From Fimbriosthenelais zetlandica (taxonomy: Eukaryota), in NCBI GenBank assembly GCA_977030845.1, contig OZ365109.1, forward strand, positions 61,194,001 to 61,258,000: a stretch of DNA of 64,000 bases, written 5' to 3'. A program made the translations under genes and the position numbers. Positions within the stretch are counted from its first letter, which is position 1. Every line of letters starts with the position of its first letter. Shown in pieces: positions 46,501 to 58,599 of the stretch. Under the pieces are notes generated by a model. That model was given only the letters and a program-made list of their open reading frames with translations. It was not told the DNA's origin and searched no databases.

Positions 46501-48792
46501 TGCCATACATTTGGATTCTCGATCTCGTCGATTATGGTTCACTATTACACAGGGCCTCCACTATCACGATAATAAACTATGATGGCATTTAAGATAGCTC
46601 ATGTGATAGGGGAAAACACCCACAACGAAGCCTAAATATTCATATTCAAATTTATTCAATCAATATATTCACATTTGAAAGAGTTTAATAATGAAATCTG
46701 AATTTGAATAATGGATTTTGGCTTAACTGAAGTGTCATGATTTGTCAGAATAGTTCCAGAAAATCATCCCGGAATTTTGAAAAATTGTCCGGGGATATCA
46801 ACGGTTTCCGGGAAATGTGGCCATATAATGACTTCTGGAATGATCTAAACAAAGAAGGAGGGGCATAATTATATATTAATGACTGTGTACATAGAGTACG
46901 TGTACATCGTTTGCCAAGTTCACGCTCAATGGAAGTCAACCATTTTTATGCGCTCTGTTTCCACTGGATTATGGACAGTAATCCTATTATCTTGTTTGTG
47001 AAAGATTACAACTACTGATGCAAGGATGTTATTGGTCCAAATACAGGACACTCTGAACTTGGATAAAGAAATAAATTACCATGCACACTGAATATGAAAA
47101 TGCGAACATTTTTCTTTCTGATGTCTTGGGGACGCTCACGTACTTAGCTTTTGGTTGGTTTAAGATTAACATGGCGGAAAGGTTGTATTTTTATTCTTGG
47201 CCTTAGACAAGACCTGGGGTGGAGAGTAACATGTCGTAGCTTGAGGAGGGGTATAATTGGTTCTTGCGAGTTATGTCCAGATTTTGGTGGCTTCCTGGGG
47301 GAGAAAAGAAGGCTCCTTGATGTATGATTGTTTCTAGCAGCCTTGTATATATGGACACAGCTCATATATAATACATAGTACCTTTAAGGCACTACCCCCC
47401 ACCTCCGCCCTCTCACTGCTACTGAAATGGGCCCAGGGAGAAGCAGGTATTTATGGTGCGGCCTTAATGGCTCGGTGGTGAGCTATTTCTGGTTGAAGGT
47501 GGCAGGTACTTTTAGTGGAGAGGTGTACTGCCGGATCACTTTCTGCCTCAGAAAGTGGATTAAATGCATCCTCTTTTCATTTTTGTCCCAAAGCATCTGT
47601 TTTTACTGCAGCTCCAAAGATGACATGCTCAGAACTCAAAAATGAATGCAGGCTACATGTATTATGTGGCAATGACCTTTTGGTGGGGTTCTTCCGATAC
47701 GACGAGTCAAACAGTTCAAAAGAATAAGCCTTCAAGTTACAACTGATAATGTTGGTTGAGCGAAAAAGCAAAGGAATTCGTCTATTGTCCAGTGAATAAA
47801 CATTCATTGGCTCATGAAATGATTCCATTAACTTTGTAATAAGGTGTAAATTGTCATCAACAAATATTTTCAATCAGTTCAACCACAACGACACAATGCG
47901 TCTTGACTAACAGACTCATTCAGTTGGGTCAATGCAAATCTCCTACTAGAACTTCCTTTTGACAAATTAATCCTAGGAATGAAGAATGAGAATTTCCATT
48001 TGGGGGAAATGGAAGAAACAACACACTATTAAGTAAATTATCAAATGGACGAAGCATAAACAACCCCAACTTGCTTAAATTTGAGATTAAGGTTTTCTAC
48101 AATGATCTGCGTTCCTGTAACAAAATCACTATTGTGGGGCGAATGAAAACTAATAAAAATGTCCCTGGTCATGGACTGAAGGACAAAGCTGGAACAATAT
48201 AAAGAATTAAATATGGCGTCCCACAGTCGCTCTGTCAGGTTAATAGGCCTTTCAATTTTGAATTACTGCGTCCTTTCAACAATCAATTAAACAATCTTTT
48301 TAAACTATAATTGTTTCATGTTTCAACCAGGGCAAATTTGTAAAAAACAAAAAAAAATTAAAAAAAGAGTTCAGGTTCTTGTCAAACCAGGGCAGTGTCC
48401 AAAATTTAAAGGAAAACAAAATGCCAAGGCTAAAGGACAATGGTACACCCAGGCCCAACATAACGAAAGAAAAACCTAAATGTTGAAAGTACCTGGGAAC
48501 CACATCTAAGAGGTTTCAAAGAAAGAGGGAGTGGTTTACAACTTCAATAGGCAATCAATGGGACCAAGGTGGGTATCATTTATTCAGAAGAGGCATCAAA
48601 GCAATGTCATTAAGTGGGAGAAAGATGGAGAAGCAGCCAAGTTTGACCATGTAAATTGTATATAAAACCTTACCATTAAAGTTCTTGTTTTCGCACACCG
48701 AGTGACCCTCGTTCCTGTACTTGCGGCGAGCTTTGCTAAGTTCGCGTCGGTAGTAAAGCTGGCCCACACGAGTCTTGGCATACAGATAGTAT
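28338..48792 (-). CDS. PNKD: PNKD-like hydrolase (glyoxalase II / metallo-beta-lactamase family), nine exons, 5' end unresolved
   Basis: Exons 48792-48674, 34058-33946, 33381-33323, 33038-32946, 30525-30362, 29738-29652, 28948-28881, 28737-28690 and 28508-28338 all have GT-AG boundaries and compatible phases (922 nt). Motifs: THKHWDHSGGN (HxHxDH), TPGHT, FSGD, WPGHEY, EEKFYNPFLRT. The N-terminal YYLYAKTRVGQLYYRRELSKAR resembles the PNKD-specific extension absent from HAGH. Confidence 0.93.
28690..28737 (-). CDS. PNKD: PNKD-like exon
   Basis: TKLKWVQERRQERLCT; TTTTACAG| and |GTAAGC. Confidence 0.92.
28881..28948 (-). CDS. PNKD: PNKD-like exon
   Basis: (G)HEYALDNLEFAASLEPDNEQIQ; TTTTTTAG| and |GTAATG. 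Confidence 0.95.
29652..29738 (-). CDS. PNKD: PNKD-like exon
   Basis: (G)RMFECPPAVMLRSLDRLMELPDDTLLWP(G); CTTTCAG| and |GTGTGA. Confidence 0.93.
30362..30525 (-). CDS. PNKD: PNKD-like exon
   Basis: PVVDQDKLTFGQLLFTVHSTPGHTTGHCVFLL...SLFSGDHVFLAGS(G); TTTTCAG| and |GTAAGT. Confidence 0.95.
32946..33038 (-). CDS. PNKD: PNKD-like exon
   Basis: (W)DHSGGNLEFKRRYPDARIYGSAVDNIPGCT(D); CCTCTAG| and |GTAAGC. Confidence 0.95.
33323..33381 (-). CDS. PNKD: PNKD-like exon
   Basis: QVLDTEKAIPIAILCTHKH(W); TTTCTAG| and |GTAAGA. Confidence 0.95.
33946..34058 (-). CDS. PNKD: PNKD-like exon
   Basis: (G)LKIIPIPMSLDNYGYLIMDTREGTAILVDPADVDKVQ; TTTGTAG| and |GTAAGC. Confidence 0.95.
35214..36164 (+). mobile_element. 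5'-truncated non-LTR retrotransposon (CR1/L2-group LINE): ORF2 C-terminus, 3' UTR and poly(A)
   Basis: ORF 35216-35590 (QNRALRVC...PRLTSTAHLH...HDTR...PRTSRAQNSLLY...WNNL...FKQRLKSYL) has the post-RT C-terminal pattern of LINE ORF2. AATAAA at 36134 runs into 28 A (36137-36164). No TSD identified. Confidence 0.85.
36230..37230 (+). mobile_element. Possible decayed Penelope-like (GIY-YIG) fragments
   Basis: Frameshifted pieces LAIGLHFTS / HRPSDMPTLDINRL / YLYRVSKITGIAPSL and QPGPLQPGSRPLLC loosely resemble the C-terminal region of PLE endonucleases. By-eye similarity only. Confidence 0.25.
36683..37474 (+). repeat. Two diverged ~140-bp direct repeats (36683-36822, 37338-37474); related sequence at 3256-3303 / 37248-37302
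   Basis: cag(c/t)cgagagaaatccaat...gcagccatgtt...ttaaccaattagaatatagt...cctact(g/a)gatacca in both copies. Confidence 0.8.
37500..37580. promoter_or_regulatory. Promoter-like motif cluster in the large PNKD intron
   Basis: ATTGG twice (37502, 37516), ACGTCA followed by TTCCGG (37546-57), YY1-like AACATGGTGG. Motif matches only. Confidence 0.25.
38972..39099. promoter_or_regulatory. Promoter-like motif cluster in the large PNKD intron
   Basis: TCACGTGA (38972), CCGCCATGTT (39011), TGACGTCA (39039) and CGACGTCA (39092) within 130 bp. Motif matches only. Confidence 0.3.
48674..48792 (-). CDS. PNKD: PNKD-like exon (most 5' securely assigned)
   Basis: YYLYAKTRVGQLYYRRELSKARRKYRNEGHSVCENKNFN(G); TTTTTCAG| and |GTAAGG; phase matches the exon at 34058. 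Confidence 0.9.
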
Positions 48793-51700
48793 CTGAAAAA
48801 GTGAGAGAAAATACAATGAGAATATATTAAAGAGGGGTGCATCAACTAAACGAAGGGTGCATCTGGGCAGACGGATTGCCAAAACACAAGTGGCCTCAAA
48901 ATGATGGTGTCACGAGTAACGGAGTCTAGCGTAGCTCCGAGTGACACTAGACTGTTAAGGGCATGAGTGTTTTGGCAATCCGATTTTGTGACACAGCCTA
49001 CAAGTACAAGGTCATGTTATGGCATAAGAGATCAGTTCGATTTCTCTGCCAATTTGTTCAAGCATTTAGTATAGTCCCAAGGAGGGTCTCCCAAGTGGGA
49101 AGACCTTCTACCATATTGAAAGGGCATAACATTTCAGTCAGTACCATGAAATACATATTTCAACTCATGTAGGCCTATGTGGATGTATAGCCCAAGAAAA
49201 TTCCACATTCTGAGGACTTCGAAAAGCATTCCTGGAAGGATCGCACAATATTTTCATTTACTTCAAGGAAAACGCTTTACCGCTTGCAGGTCTTTGGCCA
49301 ACTGCTTTCTCTCTATCAGCCCATAACTAGAAGGGCCTTTAAGGAGGGCAAAAGGCCCGGATGGTGACCGTGATATGACACAGGAAAATCAGGTCAAGCC
49401 AGAGGCTAGCTGACAGACGTTTCCGCGGTAAATCTAATATGCCCTGAGCGTTAACCAGGCGTCCGCCAGAGCTTATTAAGCTGCCGTTGTCAAAGGGGTC
49501 CATATCACGCAGCCAGAAACCTGGCAAGAGTATCACAGAGGATGTGAAATTAACTTAGTCTCCAGCAGAGAAGCCGGCTACGAGATTTGTCCTGATCAGG
49601 TAACATTCTGCAACTATATTGGAAACATTACACCAAACATTGAAAAGCTAGTGGAAGTCTCATTGCCTCTATGAAATGAAATTGATACATATTTGAACTG
49701 AGATTTAAGCATATTATGGTGCCTGGAGATCCCAAAGTCCAAAACAAATTAAGGCCCCAATAGCTAGGTTGAGGGTGCAGGCCTTGAGAAGTAAAAGCTC
49801 AAAGATCAGTGCAGATAATGGCATGATTTGTTGGGCTAGTAGCCGCTACTAAGGAAAGACTGATGACCAAGAGGCCAATATAACTAAAGATAAATTTATG
49901 CCAATAAAGGAGAAATGTTACTAGACTATACCCTCCTCGTACTGAACTAAGTTAGTGGATTGTGAAGGCCACAATATTAATGACAGTTGGCTGGATGTTA
50001 AGATAATTTATCTCACAAGCTACAAGACTTGTAGTCAAAATTGAGTACAATGTACATTAGAATCGGCAAATCACTCACAGATTATGACAATGGCATAAGA
50101 AGTAAGTGCCTGCAAAGACGCTAGGTACATGTATAGCCTCTGTTGCCAAATCCATTGAATATCAGGAACCATCTGAGTACAGTAAAATTGAGAAATCACT
50201 AATATAGAACACATAATCACAACATCGGTATAATCTAGCTGGAAAACCCCTCAACAATGTATACATAGAATGTAAGAACATGCAAAGACGCTATATAGCC
50301 TCTCTTGCCAACATCCAAGTTCAGAAGCCAAAATATTCCCAGACCACGTTCCACAGCCTATTCCCAAGCTACAGACACAATGATGAATGGCAAAGCTGCT
50401 GGCACACTGGGTGCCTATAGATCACTGCTGCCAAAGACAGCATTTTGAATTAATATTTGTTTTAATGAACCGCTGTCATGGGTATTTATTGTTTGTTGGT
50501 CTGGGACTCATCTACGTGATGGATTCTGATGATAGTCCATTAAAAACTCTTCCAAAAACAAGGAGTCTGTATTGTTTTGTGGGATTACATGGACAGTTGC
50601 AGTCGAGGAAACCTATTGCCAAAACCACATAAAAGATTAGAACAATAGCCTCTCCCTATATGACCATAAATGGTATTATGTAGCTATCTCGCTTCCATTA
50701 TACAACTAAATTGAATAGGCTTTTGGAAAATGAAAAATGATTGTACGAGTAGAGTAGCTTCATCTTAAAATCAATATTTAAGGGAGAAGTTTAGGATAAC
50801 TCCGACATGAGGGAATAGAGAGACGGAGCAGGAGCTAGGAAAAGGTTAGCAGAGGATTCTGCACGGGGAGATACAACATACGGAAACAGTTAGAACCGAC
50901 AGTGAAGTCGCAGAAAACAGGAAAAACAGGAAGGAATGAAGTAACAGGAAAGGAAGAAGAAGGACGTAATGGAAGAATACAAGGAGCAGGACTGAATGAC
51001 AGGATCAGCAGCAGAAGGAAAAGAATAAAGGAAACGATATAAAAGTGTAGCAAAGGGGACAAACTGAGTAAGAGAGAGCAATGTAGAGACAAATAAAGCT
51101 CAGAGACGGTCTTAGAGAACACCAAGCCCTGGAGCTGGCACCATCCAATGAAAGAAGTGTTACCAACAAGCAGGGCCCTGGCCACCATTGGCCCTGAGTA
51201 ATGATTACACCAAGTTTGCTTACTCGCCAGCAGCTTGCTAACCAATCGCTCACTTGTGGCAGCTAGAGGTAGAGGGTCTGCGGAGAGAAAGGGGGTTAAG
51301 CCATCCCGGGTAAAGCTGACAATGGATAGCCCTACCAACAAGGCCCTTTATAATGACCTCAGCCTACCTCCTCATGCAATCCTAAGGCCCTTTCTTGACA
51401 TACATAAATCCAATCAAGTTGCCCACAGAAGAAGTCTTCAACATCCAATATTTTATGACATGATAACATTGCCCCATGAATAGAGGATATAGTTCCTTAC
51501 TGAACATTTAGCTATGTTAAGTATTTCCTAAAGGTCATGGATCTTCTATTTAATTTTTCAAAAGAATACAGGAAAAACATCAGCCATCGAATTTGAGTAA
51601 GATTGTAAGGTCAAGCCTAGGATTTTTCATAAAGGCAGCCCTGCAAAAACAAAAATTAATTACATTACGAAATTTACCTGCCATCTGAAAGCAGATTAGT

Positions 51701-54700
51701 TAACTAACCCAACACATAATAATTGATTTCAGTAAAAGCACGAGTTAATCACCGACATAATCTGATCAGCTAATTTGCATAATTGTTTGGGAGCAGGTCC
51801 ATTAGGGGCGGGCGTGACGTAGACGCTCATGAAGTGATTAAATCTTTTTAAACGCCAGACATCGATCTTTCACTCTGCTGGTTCTTTCCAAGGGGCATAA
51901 TTTCCTCGATTTCTAGGAGAACTAATGAGGGGTGGAGAAAAGTAGAAGCGGGTGTTTTTACCGACCCTGAGGCTATCCTTCCAAAGGCCTTAAAGTGACC
52001 CTCAAATTGCCACATGACAATATATCATCCCCATCAAGGTATAATTATACATGTACATGTACTTCATTAATTACTCATACTATACAGAATAACAGACTAT
52101 GAAGAGAATTCACAAATCGTTTGTGGTCAGAAATTTTCTGCTTCTATGGGAAATTTTCAGTCGGTTTGCCCCCCAATTATATATTAACGTTTCCTTCCTT
52201 TCAACAGATATTGCTTATACTAATGTAGGTACAGGTGCTCCGAAACCATAATAGGCCCAGGTACATCACCCAAAGGAGCGAAGCAGTAAAAATGTCTCGA
52301 ATACCTGGAGGAATGAACTGATGACCCTTTGTAAACTACTGAATGATCTTGCACTGTAACCAATAACAAAATAAGCTAATTCTCCTTCTCACTGACAAGT
52401 GAGCAGAGAGACATTGAACAGAATTAGGAGTGCCACCTCACAATTGTGAGTGGTACAGCTCTGCTTTCGACAGTAATTAGTCAATAATCAGACTATTGAT
52501 CATACCACATTATATTGTGGGTGGTAAATAAATTGCAGTTTTTTTTTTACATCGGGTATGTTCCTTGGAACTGAACAAAAGAATCAGCCATCGAATTTGA
52601 GTAAGATGGTCATGGACTTACTTTAGTTACCCTTCAATGATTAGAAAAGGGCACCAGATAGTAACATTTTTTTCAAGACACTAATGGTGCAAGATTAATT
52701 GTATTTATAGCTCACATTCGCTTGTATCCTAAGGGGATCAGCTGCACTGTTCTTTCTTTTCAGAAAGCAGCGCCTTTCCGTGGAGAAAAATGTGTATAAA
52801 AATATATCCAGTCTGTGAGTGTTTATGGTTAGGGGTGGAGTGTGTGGGCATTCAACACCCTATCCTATAACCAGGAAATGGTGATAGGAAATGTGATAGT
52901 GACGAGATGAATTTTCTACGGGTGCCTAGTCTATGAACTCAGCCAAGCTAATACATCCGGCCACGAGATGGCGTGCTGCAGGAGAAGTACTAGGAATCAG
53001 GTTTTGGCTCAGGAACAAATTAATAAGCCTTATTTACATGACAGAGATATCTGGCCTAGATCTATCCAATTACATGTTAATTGCTGATGCCTTAAAGGAA
53101 AGGAAAAAAGAAATGCTAAAGGAGGAAGAGATATCAGGAGAAACAACACTTGGGACTTGGTCATCCGGGTTGTCATAGCAACGGGCCATTTCCATTGGTT
53201 CCGGACGAGATTTTTCTCTCTCATTCTCTCTCTCTCTCTGTATAAATGTAAATGAATGAGGAAGGAATCTAGATGCGAAGAGAAATGGAGATTGCAAGAT
53301 TGCTGAATAAGATGTTCAGCAATTGGCTTCATTTGACTTTTGAAGGAAAATAACCTATGTCATAGTTTGGATTGCTCAGGGAATATTCTGTTTTAAAAAA
53401 TTAATCAATTACTAATTTACTTTTAATGGAAAGGAAAATTGAAAGAAGAGTTCTGAAACTCTGGAGCCTTATTAAATCTATGTTATTGAACTGTTGATAT
53501 CCACGAGGAAGCCTCATATTGTCCAATTCAATTTGATGATTCGAATTATGGCAGCAATCAGTTTTTTAAATTTTGAATATGATAAGGAATATATGTAAGT
53601 GTTTTGACGTAGCCCCTTATAAGCAACGTTGCCTTACTTTGCAGAAGCGCAGCATATTAAGAAAGATCCCTTAGATCAAAGCAGGTGAGAAAAAATTGAT
53701 ATCCTAATCTGAAACCAACTGGGCCTCAAGTCCCCACAGCAGTTCTTTAAATCTCCCCTGCATGATAAACAAGGGAAAAAGTTGGCAAATAAAATATACC
53801 AGCATCTGCCACCGCAACTAAATTACTCCATCTTCCGACTGTTGGCGACAAGCTGCCAAAAAATAACTCTGCGATTGGTTTTTGTGATGCTTAAGAGACT
53901 GGCTGTGGGGTCGACAGAGACTGGAACTAATATCTCATTACTGGATCGCAAGTGGTCGTGTTCGAGAATGACATCTGTCAAAGCAAGAAGCTGAAAATGA
54001 AATGGGCGGGACATTAAATAGGAATGAGTGTTGCCGAATGCAGCCATGGGCTTTTGGGGCATCTGGGTTGGTGTGGCTTTAATAATGATGCATTATAGTG
54101 ATGTATCGTTCATTAATACTATTAGAGATCTACTCATTTATAAGGAGTGCATGATGGTGGGGATAGTCCCTCTATAGGGCTATTCCCGGCATTAAATTAT
54201 ATTTCCTTCATATGATGCAGGTGTCGTCACTTCACTTATTTTCTCAAAGTCAAATTCCATGAAGAGTTTCCATCAAAGAGGCCCACTTACATGGGGGCGG
54301 GGCAAATACATTGTACGTAATAATATAATATCCAAGCATACATTAATATTTGATTCCAGTCCCCGAGTGGCTCATTTTCCGCCCTTTAAGAGACTTTATA
54401 TTAAATGCAGATGGTCACTTTCCATCAGACTGATGACAATTTATCGGCCATTTCAATGATTCCAGCTGGTTTTACCTCCTCCATATTATCTTTCACCCAG
54501 ATAATCATCTCCTCTTTTATAAAAGCAGGCCGGTCTCTCCTCTAATGCATCAAGAGGGCTAGATTATCGAGATTCATTAATTTTCAATGTGACATAATGG
54601 TCATAATACTTGAGGCAGGGCTGTGTCAGGGGCCCTTGTGGGAGGGCTGGTATGAGGGAGGTGTGTGTGTGTGATGGGTGGTGATCAATGGCTGTCTTTT

Positions 54701-54897
54701 CTCTTCGTTACAGGTAGGAGGGACATGTCATACCATGCTTCAATGACTGATCACTTTTCACTCGCCATCTGCCATAACCCTGATTAACAGGGGGAGCTGA
54801 GACTTAATGGAAACAGCCAGGGTGTAAAGAGAAATGTTGGCCTTCTTATTCCACAATACTGGCTTCCCAGCCAATCAAAAACAGAATAAATCAGTAC

Positions 54898-56828
54898 GAA
54901 GCTACAGAAGGAAAACCACTGCAAAAAACTCATAAAAAAATGAAATATTGCATCACTGGTAAATTTCATATATAATATATAGCTATGAAAATTCCGGAAA
55001 TGGAATTCATAATAATGCTAATAGGCAGTCTCTTAGATTTCTTGAAAGGTTAGGGACATCCTTTTTGAATCACTCCATTGACTTGAAACCTTAAAAGTGA
55101 CCAAACACAGATTCTCCAGTTTCTGCTTCGCAGAGCGTACAAAATCTTGTGAAGCGGATATCCTGGTTTCATTTCCCATTGGACAACTTAACCCAGATTC
55201 CACTTTGACTACAGTAATTTTGGGAAGCCTTCGTTCACCCGGAATTAAAGAGGGAATCTAAGAACTGTAGTCACAGGGAAGAAAAACGAGGAGGGTTCAA
55301 AAAGAGTGGAGTTCTCCAATACACTGTGAAATCACTCTCAGCAGCAGATCAAAAATTAAAGTCTTCTGACAATAGACATAAAGTAGTCAGACACTAGAAA
55401 ATCTATTAGGCAATTGTACAACTGCCGAGATTCTCAGCCTTCCTCCATTGCAGTGCTATACCTTTCCAAAATACAAGATATCAATAATAAATGTAGAGAC
55501 GGCTCTCCTTTTAGATCAACTGGGACAACATAATGTTTTAATGTACTTCGCCAAGGAGGTTTTTCAGGATACATAAAACATTTATCATTTAGCAATACAT
55601 CTTGTTGACTTCTGAGGCTTTTTTCTCTTTGTAATCTTCTAATAGGAGGCAAATATATTTGAAAAGAGAGAAAACAGCAAAAGCTAATGTCATGATGTTA
55701 CATGCATGTAAATAAGAGCTGAAGCTTGAAAAGAAACCGAAGCATTTCCGATGTGGCTGTATGGATGGTCTGAGATCAAAGAGAGTGTTTTTAAACAGTC
55801 TCAGCTCCATCAACTTCAAGTACACATACATGCACGCATGTCTACAAGGACTTGGGTGAAAAGATGCCTTCCACTGACAAGAAACCATCATTGTATTTCC
55901 AAACAAAGACCTTCCCGGGTTTTATTCATTCCTCATGATTGCCTATGAATTATTGGTCTAGCGGTGATGGCTATAGCCTTACCAATATCCAGTGCGAGGA
56001 CACGGTAATAAAGGACTGAAATTAGTGAAGGGAATAGGTCTTGTTTCCTTTCTGTACATACCCTTCATTTTGTTGCAGTTCTGGAGTCACCCTTTTTTGT
56101 ACCAAGCTTCCTTTGACGGAGAAAGTATCAGAAATGCACGAAGACGAAATTGCATTCTTCTAATTATATCAGAAATTGATGGTCAACTGCAATACATGCA
56201 TAGTCGTAACCAAGTAAGGTCGTACATAACATATGAGGAAGTACTACCCGGAGACAGTTACAGACTTCTCTCTATCCATTTAGTGACAACCTAAACTCAT
56301 TAGCCATCTCTGAGGAGATGAAATTCCGGGCTGGCTAGTCTACAATAGGACAGTGGCCCTCGAGTCTCTAATACCCTAGAAAGTCTAGGGGCCCATGACC
56401 TTTACTGACTACAGGTCTTCATTTTCGGACTGATTCCTTTACTGCTTTGTTCATTGCCTAGAAGTTACAGCCAATTGTATATTAATGAACTGTGCAGGGG
56501 CAACAGAAGGTATTAGGTTCTGACTTTGATGCTAACTATAAGTTTGGAGCTTGGAGACTATACATGTATCCTATAGCATTTGAAGCTACAGAAGGAAAAC
56601 CACTGAAAAAACTCATAAAAATGAAATATTGTATCGCTGGTAAATTTCATATACAATATATAACTATGAAAATTCCGGAAATGGAATTCATAATAATGCT
56701 AATAGGCATTAGATTTCTTGAAAGGTTAGGGACATCCTTTTTGAATCACTCCATATTGACTTGAAACCTTAAAAGTGACCAAACACAGATTCTCCAGTTT
56801 CTGCTTCGCAGAGCGTACAAAATCTTGT
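54898..56828 (+). repeat. Pair of ~250-bp high-identity direct repeats (54898-55150, 56582-56828)
   Basis: gaagctacagaaggaaaaccactg ... gcagagcgtacaaaatcttgt in both copies with few differences; 1.43-kb spacer; no TG...CA ends. Confidence 0.9.
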
Positions 56829-57360
56829 TTTCTTAGTCATTCATCCCCGCCCTGATGTAAATTGAAGGACAACAAATTAAAACTGTGGAATATATTTTGC
56901 CAACGGCTGACCTATAGGCTGCGATGGAAGGCCTGTTTAACCTTTGGCCTCAGTGCTATGCATTTGGGGAATAATTTGTCTGGATTTCCAGGATTCTGAG
57001 AAAAGAGTCTTTGAGGAGCAGGTGGAAATTGGAGAAGGAGGGTATGAAGAGGTCGGTGATTTAGTCAGGTAAGGCCATAAATATTTGAGAAGCTTAGTCT
57101 AGCACATGCTGAAAAGGGACGGCAATACAAGAGTGTGGAAGTGGAACTAATTGAAATGCAGCATAGACACTGATCAAGCTTGCTGCAATGCAGGACATTC
57201 ACTGTTAATACTCCTGATGGTGTGTTACTATTTAAACCATGGTTGGAAGGGCGAGAAAACGGGAATGTGACGACCAATGTTTGAACAATTGTTTATGCTC
57301 GCCGCTCTCTTTTCGCCATGGGTGGGTAGGTAGCTGGTGGTGACTTCGAGGCACAGGCCA

Positions 57361-57524
57361 GGCCCTAGCTTTCACACATGCAGCAGATGCTCGGTTGTGA
57401 CCATTGGAGAGGTTGGGTTGGTGTTGGGGGGTGGGGGGATGGTAGTTTAGTTTGAAGTAGTTTGGTGTCAGAGTAGCTGGTGTGGTTCGAGGCCTTAGCT
57501 TTCACACACGCAGCAGAGGCTCGG
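57361..57524 (+). repeat. 34-bp direct repeat, 130 bp apart, in a G-rich tract
   Basis: ggcc(c/t)tagctttcacaca(t/c)gcagcaga(t/g)gctcgg at 57361 and 57491; three mismatches. Confidence 0.8.
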
Positions 57525-58599
57525 CCGTGGATAGGTATGGTGGGGTGAGGGTAGATTAGTGGGAAGAGACGCCGCAGTTATAGTAGAGATATTGAAACAG
57601 TGCATAAAACCACTGGAGCGTGAAGGTAAAAGCTAAGACTGGGGGGAGTGGGGGGTGATTGTAGCTGGTGAGGTGAGGTGGTTGCTGGGGGCGGGGGTTG
57701 TTTAGTTGGAAGCTACAAGCCAACCATTCAGGTGAACATGCATTGTATTTCAAAAGAACATCAGTCGGTAGAAAGCTTCACAGGGTCAAAAGCTAGGAAA
57801 CACGCAGTTTCAAACACCCGCTCCTCACCACTGCGGGTCAGGCACAAGCAGTGGTGCAATGTGAAAGCTTCACAAGTCAACTGAAACGACCAAAGCAGTT
57901 TATTAAACGATCTTCGAGTAACGTGATGATGATTATCATGTATTATAAAATAAAATTACCCCGCCCCCTGACGTCTTTTTTTCCCCATTTGGCTTATAGG
58001 AAACCCCAATTGGTGACAGAAATGGCTCCTACATTTTGAGCCCTGAGTATTATGGTCTAAACCGCACTGAACTGTTGAAAAGGAAGGATTCGTAAACAGT
58101 GATAAACTGTATGCAAAATAAAAAATCAAACACGCACCGTTAGATAGAAAACTGATAAGTTTTACCATAGATAAGATTTATTCCTTCTCTGCATGCATAT
58201 CAAAGCATCACTATCCTCGTGATACGGCATCATAATAAGACACCCAGACAGTGTAAAAAGTGCCGACAGAAAGTAATAATCAAGACGGAATTACAATGAT
58301 CTGAGGAACTGTAGCTCCGAAATGAAGAAGCAGAAGGACAATATTGATGTAATTCAGAAAGTAAACTTCTAATATAATCATCGGGAGGCCGAGGAAGAAT
58401 TGAATCACGTTCAATTTTATATATCTACATGTGAAACTGCAGAGAGAGGGAGTGGGATGGAGGGTGCGAGAGATGTAAAAAGTTAAGAAAAAGACTGGTA
58501 AAGGACGGAAAAAGAGATGAGGAGACTGCGAGGCTCTGGGATATATAGGGATTAGAAAGATTTAGAGACTTAAAGGGAGAGACAGAGAGAGGGCTTCTG

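Noticed and set aside
50835-51341. Hydrophobic multi-TM-looking ORF
   Set aside because: It is the reverse complement of a purine-rich tract, which yields Leu/Phe/Ser artefactually.
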